DNA of 64,000 nucleotides from Gnetum montanum (taxonomy: Eukaryota; Plantae; Gnetophyta): assembly GCA_015680685.1 (NCBI GenBank), contig MNCI01002737.1, forward strand, positions 128,078 through 192,077, given 5' to 3'. The position numbers and the translations under genes are program-made. Of the stretch, positions 25,350 through 39,790 are shown in pieces (position 1 is the first letter of the stretch; the number at the start of each line of letters is the position of its first letter). A model generated the notes under the pieces. It made no database searches, had not been told where the DNA came from, and saw only the letters and a list, made by a program, of their open reading frames with translations.

Positions 25350-25990
25350 TATTCATCTGCTTTCTGTCTTCTGATGCTCTGCTTCTCGATCAGCATTTAC
25401 TTATAATCTGTAGAAACGTGGCCTTGGCATTGAAAATCAGTGGCTGGCACTTCTCCCGTTTTTAATTAATTTTCAATCTCCTGGTGAAGGCATCTTCCTC
25501 ACTTTGATTTTTCAGTCCCAAAACCAACTTTTCCAGTGGTTATTCATTGATATCAGGTAACCACTAACCAGGTTATGGGTTGTGATGACAGGGTTATAAA
25601 GAGACCGTGAGGGGTGGACATTTGCAGGGAAGTGCAGTATGAAACATAGCATTTGGACGTGCAAAGTTGGAAAGACATACGTAGGGTGCAGGAATGGATA
25701 AGAATTTGACAAACTTTTAAATTCTCCATTAGTTTATGGAATGCAATTACAGTGGATTCAAGAACCAGCCAAACACAAACATGAGACATAATTGCTATCA
25801 TTGTAAATGAATGAATAAATTATTAGCAATGGCAATGCTGGGATTTCAATATTTGATTCAGAATGGTTTGTTTTTATAAGATGATGGAAGTTGCATTCTC
25901 CATGGAAGAAAAATTGATGTTGATTTAACCTATTCCTTACCCAAAAGGATTCTATCTTAATTATATATTTATAATAACAAGGATTCTAGT

Positions 25991-28730
25991 TTAGTTATAT
26001 ATTTATAATATATACCTATAATTTTGCCAAGAGAATCTTATTCATTAACAAGTAATACGTTGTTAGAGTTAAAAATTTCACAACTTCTAGATGAAGAACA
26101 ACATTTATTCCTCCTCCTATGTTTGAGTTCAACATTAATGGCAGCCTTGAGAGCTTGACCTACACTAGCCCTTGGGCGATCCAAATTCTAGACATGGATT
26201 GCCAATTATGGTAGGAGGATTCTTACCTATTCTCTACATTTTCGTGGGATTTGTCCTCATCAGAAGCCCTCATGATCCACACCACCAGCAGCACTCCCCT
26301 AATCTTCTACTACTACCACTCTGTGTTGCTTAACAAAGAAATAACTTCATCCATCTTGGAATTAATAACTTCATCCATCTTGGAATTAATAACTTCATCC
26401 ATCTTAAGATTTTTCCATAAGCTCCATGAGTGAAAACCATTTGCCAAAGTGCATACGCCTAACAAATAAATACAATTGCTGCATTCTCCAAGACGATGTG
26501 AGAGACCATGATCCATCCTTGAAAGAAGGTGCATATACAATGAAAAAACAAGGCATGGTGACAAAGAGATAAGTTGTTCCTACATTCCAACATTGAATGT
26601 GATGTAGAGATCAAATATTATTATGTTGCCAAACAACAAATGCTTTCCCACTTCACAAGTTAAGGATGTTGCTTTATTCTGATTCTTTCTTTTTTATTTA
26701 ATCTTCTTTTATTTTGATGAATATATTTTACAACATATATAGGGAATAGATTCATGGGTGAGTCCATGAAGCAAGGAATAAAGAGCACAAGATAAATTGA
26801 AAGTAGGAATAAGGGTCATTATTGCAAAAATATGTCTATCTTTAGTTATCAACAACACATTATAGTTTTTAAATCTTCAACCTGAGTTGGGTACTCAATT
26901 TGCACTACTTATTTTCTACTTTTTTGGCATGCAGATTTTCTTATTTTGAAATCACCCATTCACATTCAAGTATTGAACATTACAGTGACAAACATAGAAA
27001 GAATGCACAGTAATATTAAACCAGAACCTTTATTAGGGCATATTGTTGTATATACATGGGACCTTAATTATTCCGTCAATAGGGTAACAATTGAAGACTA
27101 AAGAGATATAGCAAAGAGTTTTCCACCATACAAACTGAAAAGAATCTTCTTCATTGACAAGTGATGTTTAATGCTTAAGTTAGAATTAGACAAATCCTAA
27201 GTTTTATTATAGGAAAATAAAGAAATGCGAAAAGGGACATATAAATATATGTGCCCAGAAACCACATATATAATACTTTTGAGTGCCACCATGCAATGTA
27301 ACTCTTCTTTGAATGGATCACTAGAAATAAGAATATTAGCTACCCTACACAAAATCATTGTACACATATCTCCCACCAACATTATTATCTCACTTCTCTA
27401 CATAACTTCCACCTATGAGTTATTATACTGTACATATTGTCTCAGACCCATGTGAAAAAGTTTTGGCTAGTATTAATTCCTTTATAACCTTAGATGCTAT
27501 GTATCAACAAAGAAGAGATGATCCACAAAAACAATGATTTAGAGCAGTTTTGATAAATATACGAGAAGAAAAGTTCAATCATGATGATTATGAGTTTTTG
27601 AGTTTGAGAATGGATCTTCCATCAATATCAAATGGACAGCATGAGTTTAAGGATTTTATGCATTTGTTTGATACAAATGGTAAGGTGCATAAGCCTAATG
27701 AAAAGGTATTATAAAAAACGCAAAAGTCATTTGCAGAGTGCATAGTAGATAAAAATACAAATGGTGTCATATTTTGGGATGATGGAGAAGGAGAATTAGA
27801 TTGAGTTGTGTTTATTTCTGCAACTGCAAGGGCTATGCTTATTGCTAATCTATTGCTAGAAGAAGGATTGTTTAATGGTGCATTGAAAGTCATTAAGAAA
27901 ATAATTTATAGTCCCCACTGTAAACCTCTACACCTACTATCATATGTTATCATTGAGTTTGACTCTTACATTGGAGTACTATATGATCATGAACATCCTT
28001 AACAAGTACCCATTCCACCAATCATACATGGAGGATCATTTGTGGTGTATTGTAACATGTTTTTAATCATTTAATAATGGATTCTATAGTCTTATAAGCT
28101 ACTCTATTTTTGATTTTTACTTCCATAACTTATTTTTAACTCTAGAAAAACAATCTATAACTTAACAACCACCTTCCAAAAATTGGATTCGAATGATGTA
28201 TAACAATAGATAGAATACTTTTTATTTGTTATGTTTAAATCATCATTACAAGAGATGACTGGAAATCATTGGCTTAGTTATATATTTATAATATATACCT
28301 ATAATTTGGCCGAGAATATCTTATTTGTTAACAAGTAATAAGTTATTTGAGTTAAAAATTTCACAACTTTAGGACGAAGAACAAGATTTAAGGATTACAA
28401 TTTTCATGACTTCTGGACAAAGAACAAAATTTTTTTATCAAATTTTTCATAACAAAGGGTTTTAGAAAAAAAAATATTTGCATGAGTTATTGTATGTTCT
28501 CATTCTCAACCAAATTTGTTATTTTTGTATGCTTTGATAAGCAATGCAAATTCAGCCTGCATAGGTAGCTAGGAGTAAGCCAATAATACATAATAATTAT
28601 TTGTTTTGTGTTATAAAGTCTAGCCAGCTACTAATTCCCTTAACAAAGTATATCTCTTAGCCTAGTGTTATGACAATAATTATTTGTTTTTCATGACAAA
28701 GTCTAGCTAACTAATAGTTAGCCTTTCTAG
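25991..28730 (+). mobile_element. Decayed, rearranged Helitron-like element with a PIF1 helicase fragment
   Basis: About 27630-28030 reads FMHLFDTNGKVHKPN...ELD.VVFISATARAMLIANLLLEEGLFNGAL..IKKIIY...YVIIEFDSYIG...VPIPPI (PIF1 motifs). About 110-bp direct repeats at 25991-26101 and 28274-28384. Palindrome GCTAACTAATAGTTAGC then CTAG at 28706-28730. Boundaries uncertain. Confidence 0.6.
26341..26406. repeat. 24-bp tandem repeat, about 3 copies
   Basis: ATAACTTCATCCATCTTGGAATTA repeated; gives KMDEVINS repeats in ORF 26313..26564. Confidence 0.9.
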
Positions 28731-30419
28731 CCCAAAAAAAAAGTGGTTGCCAAGTGTAAACAAATATATCTAGTACATTTTGTACACATTTTTTATTCAA
28801 GTTATTTTATAATTAACTTTAACTAATTAATCATGTAAATAAATGATCATTACCTAGAGGCTCAATGCTCATCCCACCAAGATAGAGTCTTAGAGGGTCT
28901 ATGGATGAGCCAAAGCCTAATCTCTTTCAAGTGGTTATGCCCAAGCTTGAATCTAGGCCTTACAATTGGAAAAATAAGCACCTTACCATCACTTCAAGTG
29001 AAACTAAAATTCAAGTTGAAGTTTGATTATGAATATAGATTCTACTAGTTATTATTGAAACTAAAATTAAGAGTTTATTATGTTTAAAAGATTAAAAGGG
29101 TCTACTAAACCAACATTATATTTGTATCATGAAAGTTGAATACACTTTGGATTGCTTTGTATATCCTCTAATCAGATATCCCAAGTCTTCAACCATATAT
29201 TCTTTAAAAATACCATCTCTACTCTTTTGTGTCTTGCAATAACTACTTTAGAATATTTGATTTGTTTTCTTTTCTTTCAATTTATGGGTATAAGTAATAA
29301 ACTAACAAATAGCTTTTTCTGTTGAAGGAAGTAGATTACTAATGAGTGGTGGAGTATCCCAACACTCTATCATACAAGTCACAAGTGTTCATGTGTGACT
29401 AGATCATAATTCGTAGATCGACCACGTAATTATGCTAAAAGTTGATGTAAAGTTTGCAATCATTGTCTTCTCACTTTGAGTTAGTGAAATATGGATGTAT
29501 GGTTTAACTCGTAGTTAGGCATATGATAGATGGTGTTGTAAGGCTAAGATTACTCCTACCAATAGACATGATTGAGAATGAAATTAAAATCTAAGCTTAA
29601 GTAACATAGAAATGAAAATCTATTTTATCCTAGTAGCGATAAGTATCTGATCCTAATTTACTAGTCACATCTTGGGTTTATGTAATTGTCATTAGGATTA
29701 CCAAGTCGAATCACTACTAAGCAAATCAAGCAAAACCACTATTGGGTTACCAAAAAATTACACTTAAATGCTCAAAACCAGTTGTACCCATTCCACTTAA
29801 CTAATGAGCATAAAAAGTAAAGTACTTTGGAATGTAAGTGATTAAGCTAAGAAAACAAACAAATTATGCTAAGTAAATAATATAACTAAGAAACTAAAGA
29901 AATGCTACAATGATGTAAAATAGTCTCGATCTTTATTGCTAATCATAAATTCTGTGCAAGTATAATTTACTTGAATAAAGACTTCAGTCAACCACTTAAC
30001 ACCACACTATGGACATTTACACTATCGCTAAAACTACAAAATGAAACTGTAAGAGTTTGGATAAGGGTTGGCAATAAATTATTATTTCTTATGCACCCAA
30101 GTGTCAGTACTTATAAGGCTGCATAGCTCCTGATCCATAGTATCAACAATAATGTAGCATGAGCTACAATATCGTAAATACAATATTGTACTCACAAAAT
30201 AATTGGTTTTATCATATCCACATGATTGACTAGAAACTCATCCTTGAGTTAAAACAAAATGAGAATAAAGTTCCTTTCAAAATTGGAAGGTAGATTTGAC
30301 TTAACATGACTTGACTATTTACATGATTATGAATGCCACATTGACGTTTTTACAAAAATTGGACAAAGTTGACATTTAACAACTAAAACAAAAATAAAAA
30401 ACTAAACTAGCTCGATGTA

Positions 30420-33400
30420 GTCCTTACATTCTAGGTAGTGAAGGCTCCTCCATTAGCTTCTTCCCCTTACCATGAAGCTTCTGAAATTGATACCTATTTA
30501 GAAGTGCCTGAAGCTTTTCTTCCTTCGTCCTGGGGTCATCTACTATCTATGTAGATTGTGTGATGTTGGATGAGTTGGTACATCCCAAAGGTATGGTAGT
30601 TGTGGGAACATTTTATTGTCCTTGATGTACCACACTGTGAATCGTCATCTTTCTTTTTCAAAGGCCCTAGCCATCTTTCTTAATTCCTGATAGTCTATCA
30701 TCTGGCACGCCAAGTTTATTGCAACATCCTTTTGTCCTTGGTATCTAACCTTCACAATTTCAAGTTTTGCAACTTTTGCAAGGCATCTTTTCAATCAACA
30801 AACTCTTTCTCATACATAGCATACATGATTACTACCTATTACTCAAGCTTGTTACAAGGTCCTCCTATTGCCAACATGGCTAGGTTAACATATTAAAGGG
30901 CAGCTAAACCCATGTACTTTGTCAAATCTTTAATCTGCAACTCTTTATTCTTTATCTTAGCCTAGTGGATGTAGGCTAACCTATCTATGATGGACTGCCA
31001 GTTTGGTGTTTGCACAGTGATGGAATAAATTTTGGCCTTTGCCATTTGGATTTCTTTTTCATCTATCTACTTGTACATTCCCACTTGGTCCCTAAAATGC
31101 TCCTTGAGCTTCTTATGCTCCTTGGCCTCATTCTGTAATGCGCTTATTTCAATAATAGACTTTTGGCAGATGGCATGTACTTCTTCCATTGATAAGATCC
31201 TATTTTCACAGACCGATCTATTCATGTACTAGTTGACACGAATGAATTATTCCTGTAGCTACTGAATGCTTTCTTTGAGAACATTATTTTGTTTCTCAAT
31301 GTTAATCAACCTAGTGTTAGCTACAGTAGGCTTTTTATTTTCCTCCTTGAGGGTAGTGAGAGCTTTGGCATGTGCATATGTTTGGGCTTCTGTTACTAAG
31401 GCATTCCACATGACCTTCTCTCTTTCCAACTCTACCTATATATTCTTGGCAATTAGCTACCTTACTTAATCAATTTTATATTGCTCAAGTTGTTCTTGGA
31501 TAACAAATCGTGTAGGGTCCCTTAGCTCTACTCTTAGAGCTGCCAATTCTTCCTATAGCCTTTGCACTTCAGTTTCAACGTGCTCTGCCCTTGTCCCTTC
31601 CACACTAACTTTCCTTTTGTGGATATTAAGTCAAACTACACTACAGTGATATCACTGGGGATATCAAAGAGATTCTGCATGACTTGGCTATTTTTTTGTA
31701 GTTTGTGGAGTACATTCTCATGTTCTACGGGTGTCATAGAGGTACTAACCAACATTCGAACATCTCTAGCTCCAAAAATATTAGTCAGTGACACAACAAG
31801 TGATGAGCGATGAGGTACCCCTACGCCTAACCATACAAATTACTAAGGCATTAAACTTGATTTGGTTGAATTTTGTGGACCTATAGTTATCTAATGCACT
31901 AGCTCTTCTAGGAAGTGAAATGAGTGTTGAGAACATTCATTGTCTTCCCAATTACACTTGTGAGGATCAAAGGTATGGTTTAAGTGTAATTAAGGTATAT
32001 GATTTTTCTTACTTTATATTTTATGGATTTGGTCACCTTTAATAAGAATGAAGAGTAGAGTAACTTAGAATCTAACTTGTTCACTACCTATTTAGCCTAA
32101 CACAAGTAACTGTCCCACTTTCTTGAACACATATAGCACTAATGGGCTACCAAACATTAAGTGTTGTTAGGTTACCAAGTACTATATGAATGCTCGAATT
32201 GGTTGTGCTCGTGTTCATTAACTACTAAAAGTAAATTGCTTAATTCAAATACATTAAAATAAAGAGCATGAAAGTAAAATACATTAAAGAGTTCATTAAG
32301 CTATTCTTGGTGCTGCAAGGATTGTCAAAAGAGTTCATTTTATTCCTGTCACACTGTTGTGCTTAGGTACATCAATGCTCAAACAAAGAACTGTACACAC
32401 TTAGACTCCTTCTGCGAGCACTCAGAAAATATTCTAACTCTGAGAAAAAGAAACGACAAAAGCTTCGCTACACTGACTAAGAATGATCAAAAACTAACTT
32501 GAAAACTGGAGCCTAGGCGTGGTATTATAAACTTGAGGTATACACCTTGATGTCGCATGTGCAACGTCAGAGCTAACATAAAATGTAACTCATCAACATT
32601 AAATGACTCCTTGATATGGTTAGTAATTACCTCCATTGCTCCTACTGAATCCTCATGTTGCATGATCACAACTGTAGCATCAACACTAGTTTCTAGCATC
32701 ACTTAGAAGGATGTAGTGTTTCCCAGTATCTGTTGTGCCTAGTCCTCTTCTTCTTCTACCTACAAAGATACCTGCTCAGTAGTAGGATCTATAGAAACTA
32801 TAGGCCTTATTGAGCTTTCTCTAACTATATACAAGTCTTAGCCTTCCCTTGCTCCCCAACTAATAGTGTCTATGATTTGATGCAGATGGGTATTTAAGGG
32901 ATGATATTCTTGTGGTGGTGATGGAGATTACTGCTTAGGTCTATCAAGTATAGGTGTTTGACCACTAGATCCTACTTATTGTTGTTGATTGGTAACTGGA
33001 ATGTTACCAACTAGTGTAGATCCTAAAGCACCCTTACTACTTGATGGCTTCTTTAGCTGATCTTTCTTAGATGGCACTAGCTTTGACATTTGTATGTAGG
33101 ATGCATTCTAGGCATTTCTTGGGGCATCATTGGTGTAGCCTAGGATCCTTCACTTGCTTGCATAGCTTCCTAATAAGATAAGGGAATGACAATGTTGATT
33201 TTCCTACCTCTTTCTCTTCAAATCACCTCTAAATCTCCAAGAAAAGTAAATGGACAATGCTAACATTGAATTTCCCCATCAAAATTGCACTTCCTCAGTC
33301 TACGTATGTGGAGATTCAATTGACCCCCTTCATTGGGAACAAGTGGTAGGTCCCAATCTTGAAATAAATTTCTTCTTCCACAATGAGCTTATTATAATCT

Positions 33401-33993
33401 TTATCTTCTTTCCCATAAACTCTATGTAGCCATAATTTCTTAGCATTAGTGTCAGACCTTGTGGAAATCTATGTAACATTGGCTCCTACATTTGGTATGT
33501 TCAAGGCCTTTGCCATTGCCTCAATTGAATATGACATTGAGACCCCTTCAATCTTTACTACGGCATCATCTTGTTTATTTTGCTAGAATTGGTAGACTTC
33601 TCCTAAGTACCATTCGACATTATTGGACAATGTTGGTCATAATGGAGATTCTTGAAGTTGTGTCTTAATAACTTCCAAAGAAAACTCTGTGAATGGGCCA
33701 AAGTTCAACTTCACAATGACCGTAGACATTATGGATTTTTCTTGAATGGCTTGGAAGTAGTCATTAGATAGCATGAGACACTATTCCTATTCAGGTGCTA
33801 CTAGTGCCTCTACTTCTACTTGGGTTGAATGTATAGTGGAAAGAGTTTACTAGTGGATGTTGAATGATTGAGCCTCTTGCTTTGCATGTTCAGCCTATGG
33901 AGTTTGTTCTCCTGCTTGGCCTCTCCCTCAACCTCTTGGTCTTTTGCTACCATGCTGTAAAGGTTCTTCTACTACTAGTCTCTTTGGAGCCAT
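30420..33993 (-). pseudogene. ORF3 (Athila env-like/accessory ORF) of element B with long coiled-coil C-terminus, interrupted by a solo LTR
   Basis: TACAG|ATG start at 33993 (MAPKR...). NNVEWYLGEVYQF...VVKIEGVSMSYSIEAMAKALNIPNVGANV...KIGTYHLFP...GKFNVSIVHLLFLEI is homologous to ORF3 of element A. 3' end approximate. Confidence 0.75.
31801..32595 (-). mobile_element. Solo LTR related to the element-A LTR, nested in ORF3 of element B
   Basis: Begins TGATGAGCG..AGGTACCCCTAC.CCTAACCATAC as at 40916 and 50932; ends ACTCATCA. Flanks ACAAG/ACATT are only a partial TSD match. Confidence 0.75.
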
Positions 33994-36329
33994 CTGTAAT
34001 CATTAAGAATTTAAGGTTACCAAAGTATTCAAATCAATTTCTAAAGGTTCAAGATCCCTTCTCGTAGTCTTGGTTTGATCAAGTTCTCACCTTTTTCAGT
34101 TATGGTCTTATTATGATTGCATACTTAGAGAAATTTCAAAGAGAATACCCCTAATTGTTATATCTTTGATTATTATGATCTTTAATAGTTATCATTTCCT
34201 CATTTATTGTGCCCTTAAATAGTTGGTATGGTTGGTTAGGAGAATTAATTAAGTCATTTGGCTTCAATTTGATTAGTTAGTTGTAATATTCTTGTTATAT
34301 CCTTATACTTGCCCTTTATATTATCTTCTAGGTGTTAGGAAATTTTGGCTCAATCTTCCTTATCTACATGCAATAGACCAACAAAGTGCCCCCCCCCCCC
34401 CCCCCCCCCCCCCCCNAGCTCGAGATCAATAAGGTTCAAGAATTTCTCAAATCGGAGTTATGATGAGGAAGTTATAGCATCAGAAAGTTTGGTTACTAGA
34501 GCTCAGAAAAACTATAAAAATTCCTGTTGTTACGAAATGGCAGAATGAAAATGTTTTCTAACTCTCATGTGTATATATACTATTTTTATGTGAGTGACAT
34601 CATAGCTACGACATCATAACTACGACGTACGATGGCCTAATACATTGTAGCTATGATGTCATCAATGAAAAATTTTGAATTTTTGATAATTTTTCATGGA
34701 AAATTTGAGTCAATTGGATAACTTGGAAGACATAGCGACTGTCTAAAGGGTTTTGTTACTTGAATTTCAAAAATTTGGTGTTCAAAAGTCATAAGAAAGG
34801 AATCTTGGGAAATGAAAGTTTATTGGGTATATATGAGATGGATTGAGGATTATCAACATATGGACAAATTATAAAACTTGTGGGAAGTAAACTTTGAGTA
34901 CTAAAGTGTTTTGGAGGCATAAGATGATGTGGAATTGATCATCAAGTATGAGGTACAAGAGTTATATAAGTGGATCCTCCCCAAAGCAAGCTTTAGCCCT
35001 TAGTGCCCTTTTATAACTATGCCTACAAGTGTTCATAGGCACTAAAGGAATTGAATGTAAAACATACCTATCTAGAAAAATGCACATGTTAATATTGTTA
35101 GATTGGGAAAATAACACTATATTATACAAAATCATATAATTATGATTAAATAAATATATCAGTGAGGTGGAATGAAATTAGAAGGGATCATAGGAATTGG
35201 GACATGAGGTGTCTTACCATGCACATAATGAATTCTTATGTGTGATATGTGGTTAAAGTAATCATTGGCCCTTTTGTCCAAGATCCAAACCATGTCCAAA
35301 TCACTTTCTAGTGACATCACATTGTATCATCCCCAAGACTAGCAACCACAAGGGTATCATTGTTGCAAGAAGTACTATCACTTAGCAATGTAGTTTAAGA
35401 AATGAGTTTATTAATAGCACACTTTGTTTCTTTTTTAGATTTTCAAGAAGCTACCTACCTTCAGGCATGGGTAACATGTCTTTCTAGTGGGACCCCTAGA
35501 AATTTTATTCCATGCTTTTATAATATTTTTACTGTGTCAACCTTACCAAAGGACTACCTTCAGGCATGGGTAACACGTCTTTCTAGTGACATGATAAGGT
35601 AGCACCTATTGTACTCATACTTCCTTTCTTTGTTAGAACTTAAGAAAATTATACACTCTTATCAATAGGTTAAGATCCATAGGAGTAGTCCTAGAGAATC
35701 CACAAGTTTCCTTAATGTCACACCCTTTTCATTCCCACTCAGCTCTTTACTTCTCTATCCAAGCATAATGATCATAAGTTTATTTTAGTTTTATTGTGAT
35801 AGAAATATTATTATGGCCATAGTAAAAACCTATTTTTTTAAAAAAATGAGTTGATGGATGATGTGGTCTCACTATATATATAATTAGTCTTTCATGATTT
35901 GATAATATAGGGAGCTCTTCACCTTATTGGGACTACATCTTGCTTTATTCCTTGCATTTTATTGGATAAGTCAACAAAAATATGTACAAAATGAATGATG
36001 AAAATCATTGAAAAAATGGAAAAATAGAGAAATAATTTAAAATATATCAAAGAATAGTAAATGATTAAGAAATGGAAAAAGTATAAAAGAATGAAAAGAT
36101 GCTAAAAAATGTAAAAATTAGTAAGAAAGGTGAAAAGTATAATAAAAAATTATAAAGCAAGAAAAATTTCAAAACAAAATAGTTGAAAAACACATATCAA
36201 TTCCTATGTGAAGATAGGGCATCTCCCCCATGATTGAACTCATGGGTGAGTGTTCAGAAAATGGTCCTTAGATCTCTTAGATCATACACTCCATGTTTCT
36301 TCTTTATCATCCTTAGTGATTTAGATTTT

Positions 36330-39300
36330 CATTTATTATCCCATATCACATTGATGATAATCAATTTCCAATCTTTTAGAGATATATATTTTGTTAGACT
36401 AAATGGTCTTTTCATTTTAGAATGTCCAACTATATCTTCTTGTTTATTCTTAATTTCAGGTATCAAGTCTCCATGTTTACTACTTATTGTTGGTATATGA
36501 TCATGATTTAGGATATCCTTTTGTAAGTTCTTAATTTGGATCATTTTCTTAGGGTAGAAGTTAATAAGTGAACTAGGTGTCTCCATGCATATTTTGGATA
36601 GTTTTATGCTTTCATTTCTTGACCATTGGATTTTTTTGGTTAAGTGATCATTAACTCTTTTTGTGCACACACTTGTTTCTCATGTTTTTTGTGAGTTGGT
36701 GTAAGAATTATGTTGACATTTTGAAGTTTCGGTCCACAACTGCACCCTTCTTTATCATTAGTAATGCATGGAATTATTTGCATATGTATGGCTCCTTGCT
36801 CATTTTTCCTTGGAAATTCCAAGGACAAGTCTCTCATTCCTACCTTAGCATCAATTGTGCTAAGCCATGCTCTCCTCGTAATGATAGGAAATTCCTTGTC
36901 ATCATTCTTCACATGGATCACTAGAAAATCCACTAGATAAGACCACTCATTGATTGTGGTCATTACATCTTCTAGCTATCCCAAAGGAATGGTGACTAAT
37001 TGGTCTACAAGCTCTAGTCTTATGTTGCACTTTTTTAAGGGAGGTAGGTTCCATGTCTTGTATGTTTCTTGTGATATCAAATTGACTTAAGAACCTAAGT
37101 CTATTAGAGCTTTGCATGGTGAATTTCTAGTAATTTATAAACGAATCAAAGGATTTTCTGGATCTATTCTTTTTTGAGGAAGTGCTCCTACCTTAATCCA
37201 GTGTGTAACTATTTGTGTGAGCATGATAGTAGTCATATTTGAATCGATAGAGCATGGAAGCCTGGTATTCGCTTAAGGAGTATGGGTGGATGGGATGGAG
37301 GTAGATGGAGTCCCAATGCTTTAAACCCTCTATAGACTTGTTTTGAAGAATGAACATTTTTTGGACTAAGGATCATTTATTATTACATCCTCTTGTATGT
37401 TTACTACCCTTGTAGCACTCTTTTGCTATGGTTGTGATGGTAGCTTCCCTTGCATGAATGGTGGTGGCACTAGTCGTAAAGAATTAGAAGGTTGGCTTGA
37501 TGGACAAGCTGCTACTTGATATGTGTAGAGATTAGGATCCATCCTTGGAGTGGTGAGTTTGTAGTACTCAAATGGATAATAAGAAGAAGAGGTGTGAATT
37601 GAAGCATTCCTAGGAGAGATTCAACATTGTACATAATATCAATAAGGATTTGGTTACTTGTATAAATACTGTTGCCTCAGTGATGGCATTGCCCATGCTT
37701 GTGGTTGTTGTCACTACTATTGGTATTGTTCTTGCAGTTGAGGGTAGGCTCCACTTGGGTAGTAAGTTGGCTAGAAGGATTGTTAGAGATTACCTTGAGG
37801 ATAAGATAACCATCTTGGCATTTGTTTTTTAAAAAAATCTCGAATTGGGTGTGTATGCTCTAGACTCTTACAAGTGGGCCATAACAAGGCAACATCCCTT
37901 AGGATGTTCATTCTAGCACACCTTGCATCCTTCCTCTTTGTCTAAGCTAAAGTCAGTACACTCCTCAACTATAGCAAATTTTGCTTATAGCCTTCTCATC
38001 CATGATCTCCTCTTTTTCTTATCTTTACCTTTATTGAATGCTTTTTCAATCTTTTCTTCTACCATCTTAAGAGTTGTAGCAAACTTCTCATCCACCAAGT
38101 CCCACATCTTCTCTACCTTTGTTGGTAGAGTTTTCTTTTGAATTACATCTTCCAAGATTTCTTCTTCTTGCTTGTCGCACATTCAAACATCATGTTTTCT
38201 GATTGATGGATCTTGGTTATATTCTTCAGCTCATTTTCTCTTCTTTAACTCTCCTTTCTTTTTTACCACTTTGTCTATTTACCTTTGGATTTAATGGATG
38301 ATCATCTCTGATAATCTTCATTGGGTGTAGACCCCAAGGATCTCTCTAGTTTTGTTTCTTAACCCATCAATGATGTATCTGAGTTGTTCACTCTATGAGA
38401 ATCCATGGCCTAGGCATCTATGTAGAAGAGTATAATATTTACCCATTGTTATTTCAAGGGATTCATATGTCCCTTACTTCCATCCTTGGATTTGTTTTCT
38501 TGGGTTAAACCCACTTGAGTAATTCTGATACTTGTAGTTAAAGAGCTCAAGCATGGTACTTCATCTTCTAATCGATTCTAGTTCTAATGATTTGTACCAG
38601 CACTCTACCTCCTCAATGAGTGTTCTAGGAAACAACTTTAATTTCTACCAATCAATTTCAATGTTTTGAAGGGCACAGGCATCATGGAATGCTTGAAGGT
38701 GATGTTGAAGATCTACATTCTATCCTCATTCAAATTTAGGAATATTATTCATATCCAGTCACTTGATGCAACTGTTGTTCACATGCCTTGTGAGAATATA
38801 TACAGCTTCTCTAATATTTATCATAATTTGAGGAGCTTGTAGGGGTTCTTCATAGCTATCAAGTTCATAAGCTCTGTTGTAGTGATGACCCCTCCGATGC
38901 TCATGACGCTTTCTTTCTTCATGCCTGACCCTATCTCTTCATCATTCATAATCATTCTCTTCATCACTAGGATACCTTCTTCTGTACTTCTCTCTCTCAT
39001 AATCTTTTCATCCTTCTTTTTCATGATCTCTTGATCTGTGTTCCTTCCTATTGGACTCCATAGATGAATGTGAGAAGGAAGATGAGGCAGTTGGAGAACG
39101 GTGCTGGCTAGTTCTCTTTTTGTAACTTTATGATTCTTCCTCTTTTGATTCTACAAAGGTTCTAAGCCTTGAGCTCTATCTGTATCTGAAATATCTTGTA
39201 TTCTTTCCAAGGTCTTCTACTAGAGTTGACTTTAACTTTGTGTTGGCAAGGTCTTCAATATGTATCACGTGTGTGTGGGAGTATGATCCATGAGTTTGAT

Positions 39301-39790
39301 AAAACTTTTCAACTTAGAATGAAGCATCTTTTATTTCATTTAGGACGACTATTTGAGGTACTTTCTTTCCTTTGTCACGTTCATGTTGTGCATCCATGAT
39401 GGCATCCCTTCTTTCTTGAGCCTCTATTGGCTAGTATGGCTTTGTCATGTCCTTCATGACTTGGTAACTCTCTTATTCATGACTTAGGTTGACCTTCATG
39501 ACTTGGTAACTCTCTTATTCATGACTTAGGTTGACCTTCATGAGGGCTACTTGAAACATCAATGGTATGGAACATTTTGGTGGTAGAACTATGTTGTCCT
39601 ACAAGTCTCTCCATTTGAGTTGTTCATCTTGATGAAGAATGAATGTGAAATCAAGATAGTATGGATCAACGTGAGCATATGTAATTCTTGTCTATATTTG
39701 TGCACTCTAGTCTTCTTCATTATGTGTTCTATCATAACTTCTTTGAACTTGTTTGGCATGTGATGATTTTTCTCTAAGTGTGGAAGCCAT
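36330..39790 (-). pseudogene. gag-protease of element B
   Basis: WSYLVDFLVI...FPII.RRAWLSTIDAKVGMRDLSLE (36640..36963) and KVEKMWDLVDEKF match element A's gag-AP. Many stops. Confidence 0.85.
39451..39543. repeat. Perfect 42-bp tandem duplication in gag of element B
   Basis: CCTTCATGACTTGGTAACTCTCTTATTCATGACTTAGGTTGA at 39451 and 39493. Confidence 0.9.

Noticed and set aside
34389-34416. Poly-C run as a G-quadruplex or regulatory tract
   Set aside because: Ends at an N; length and continuity are unreliable.
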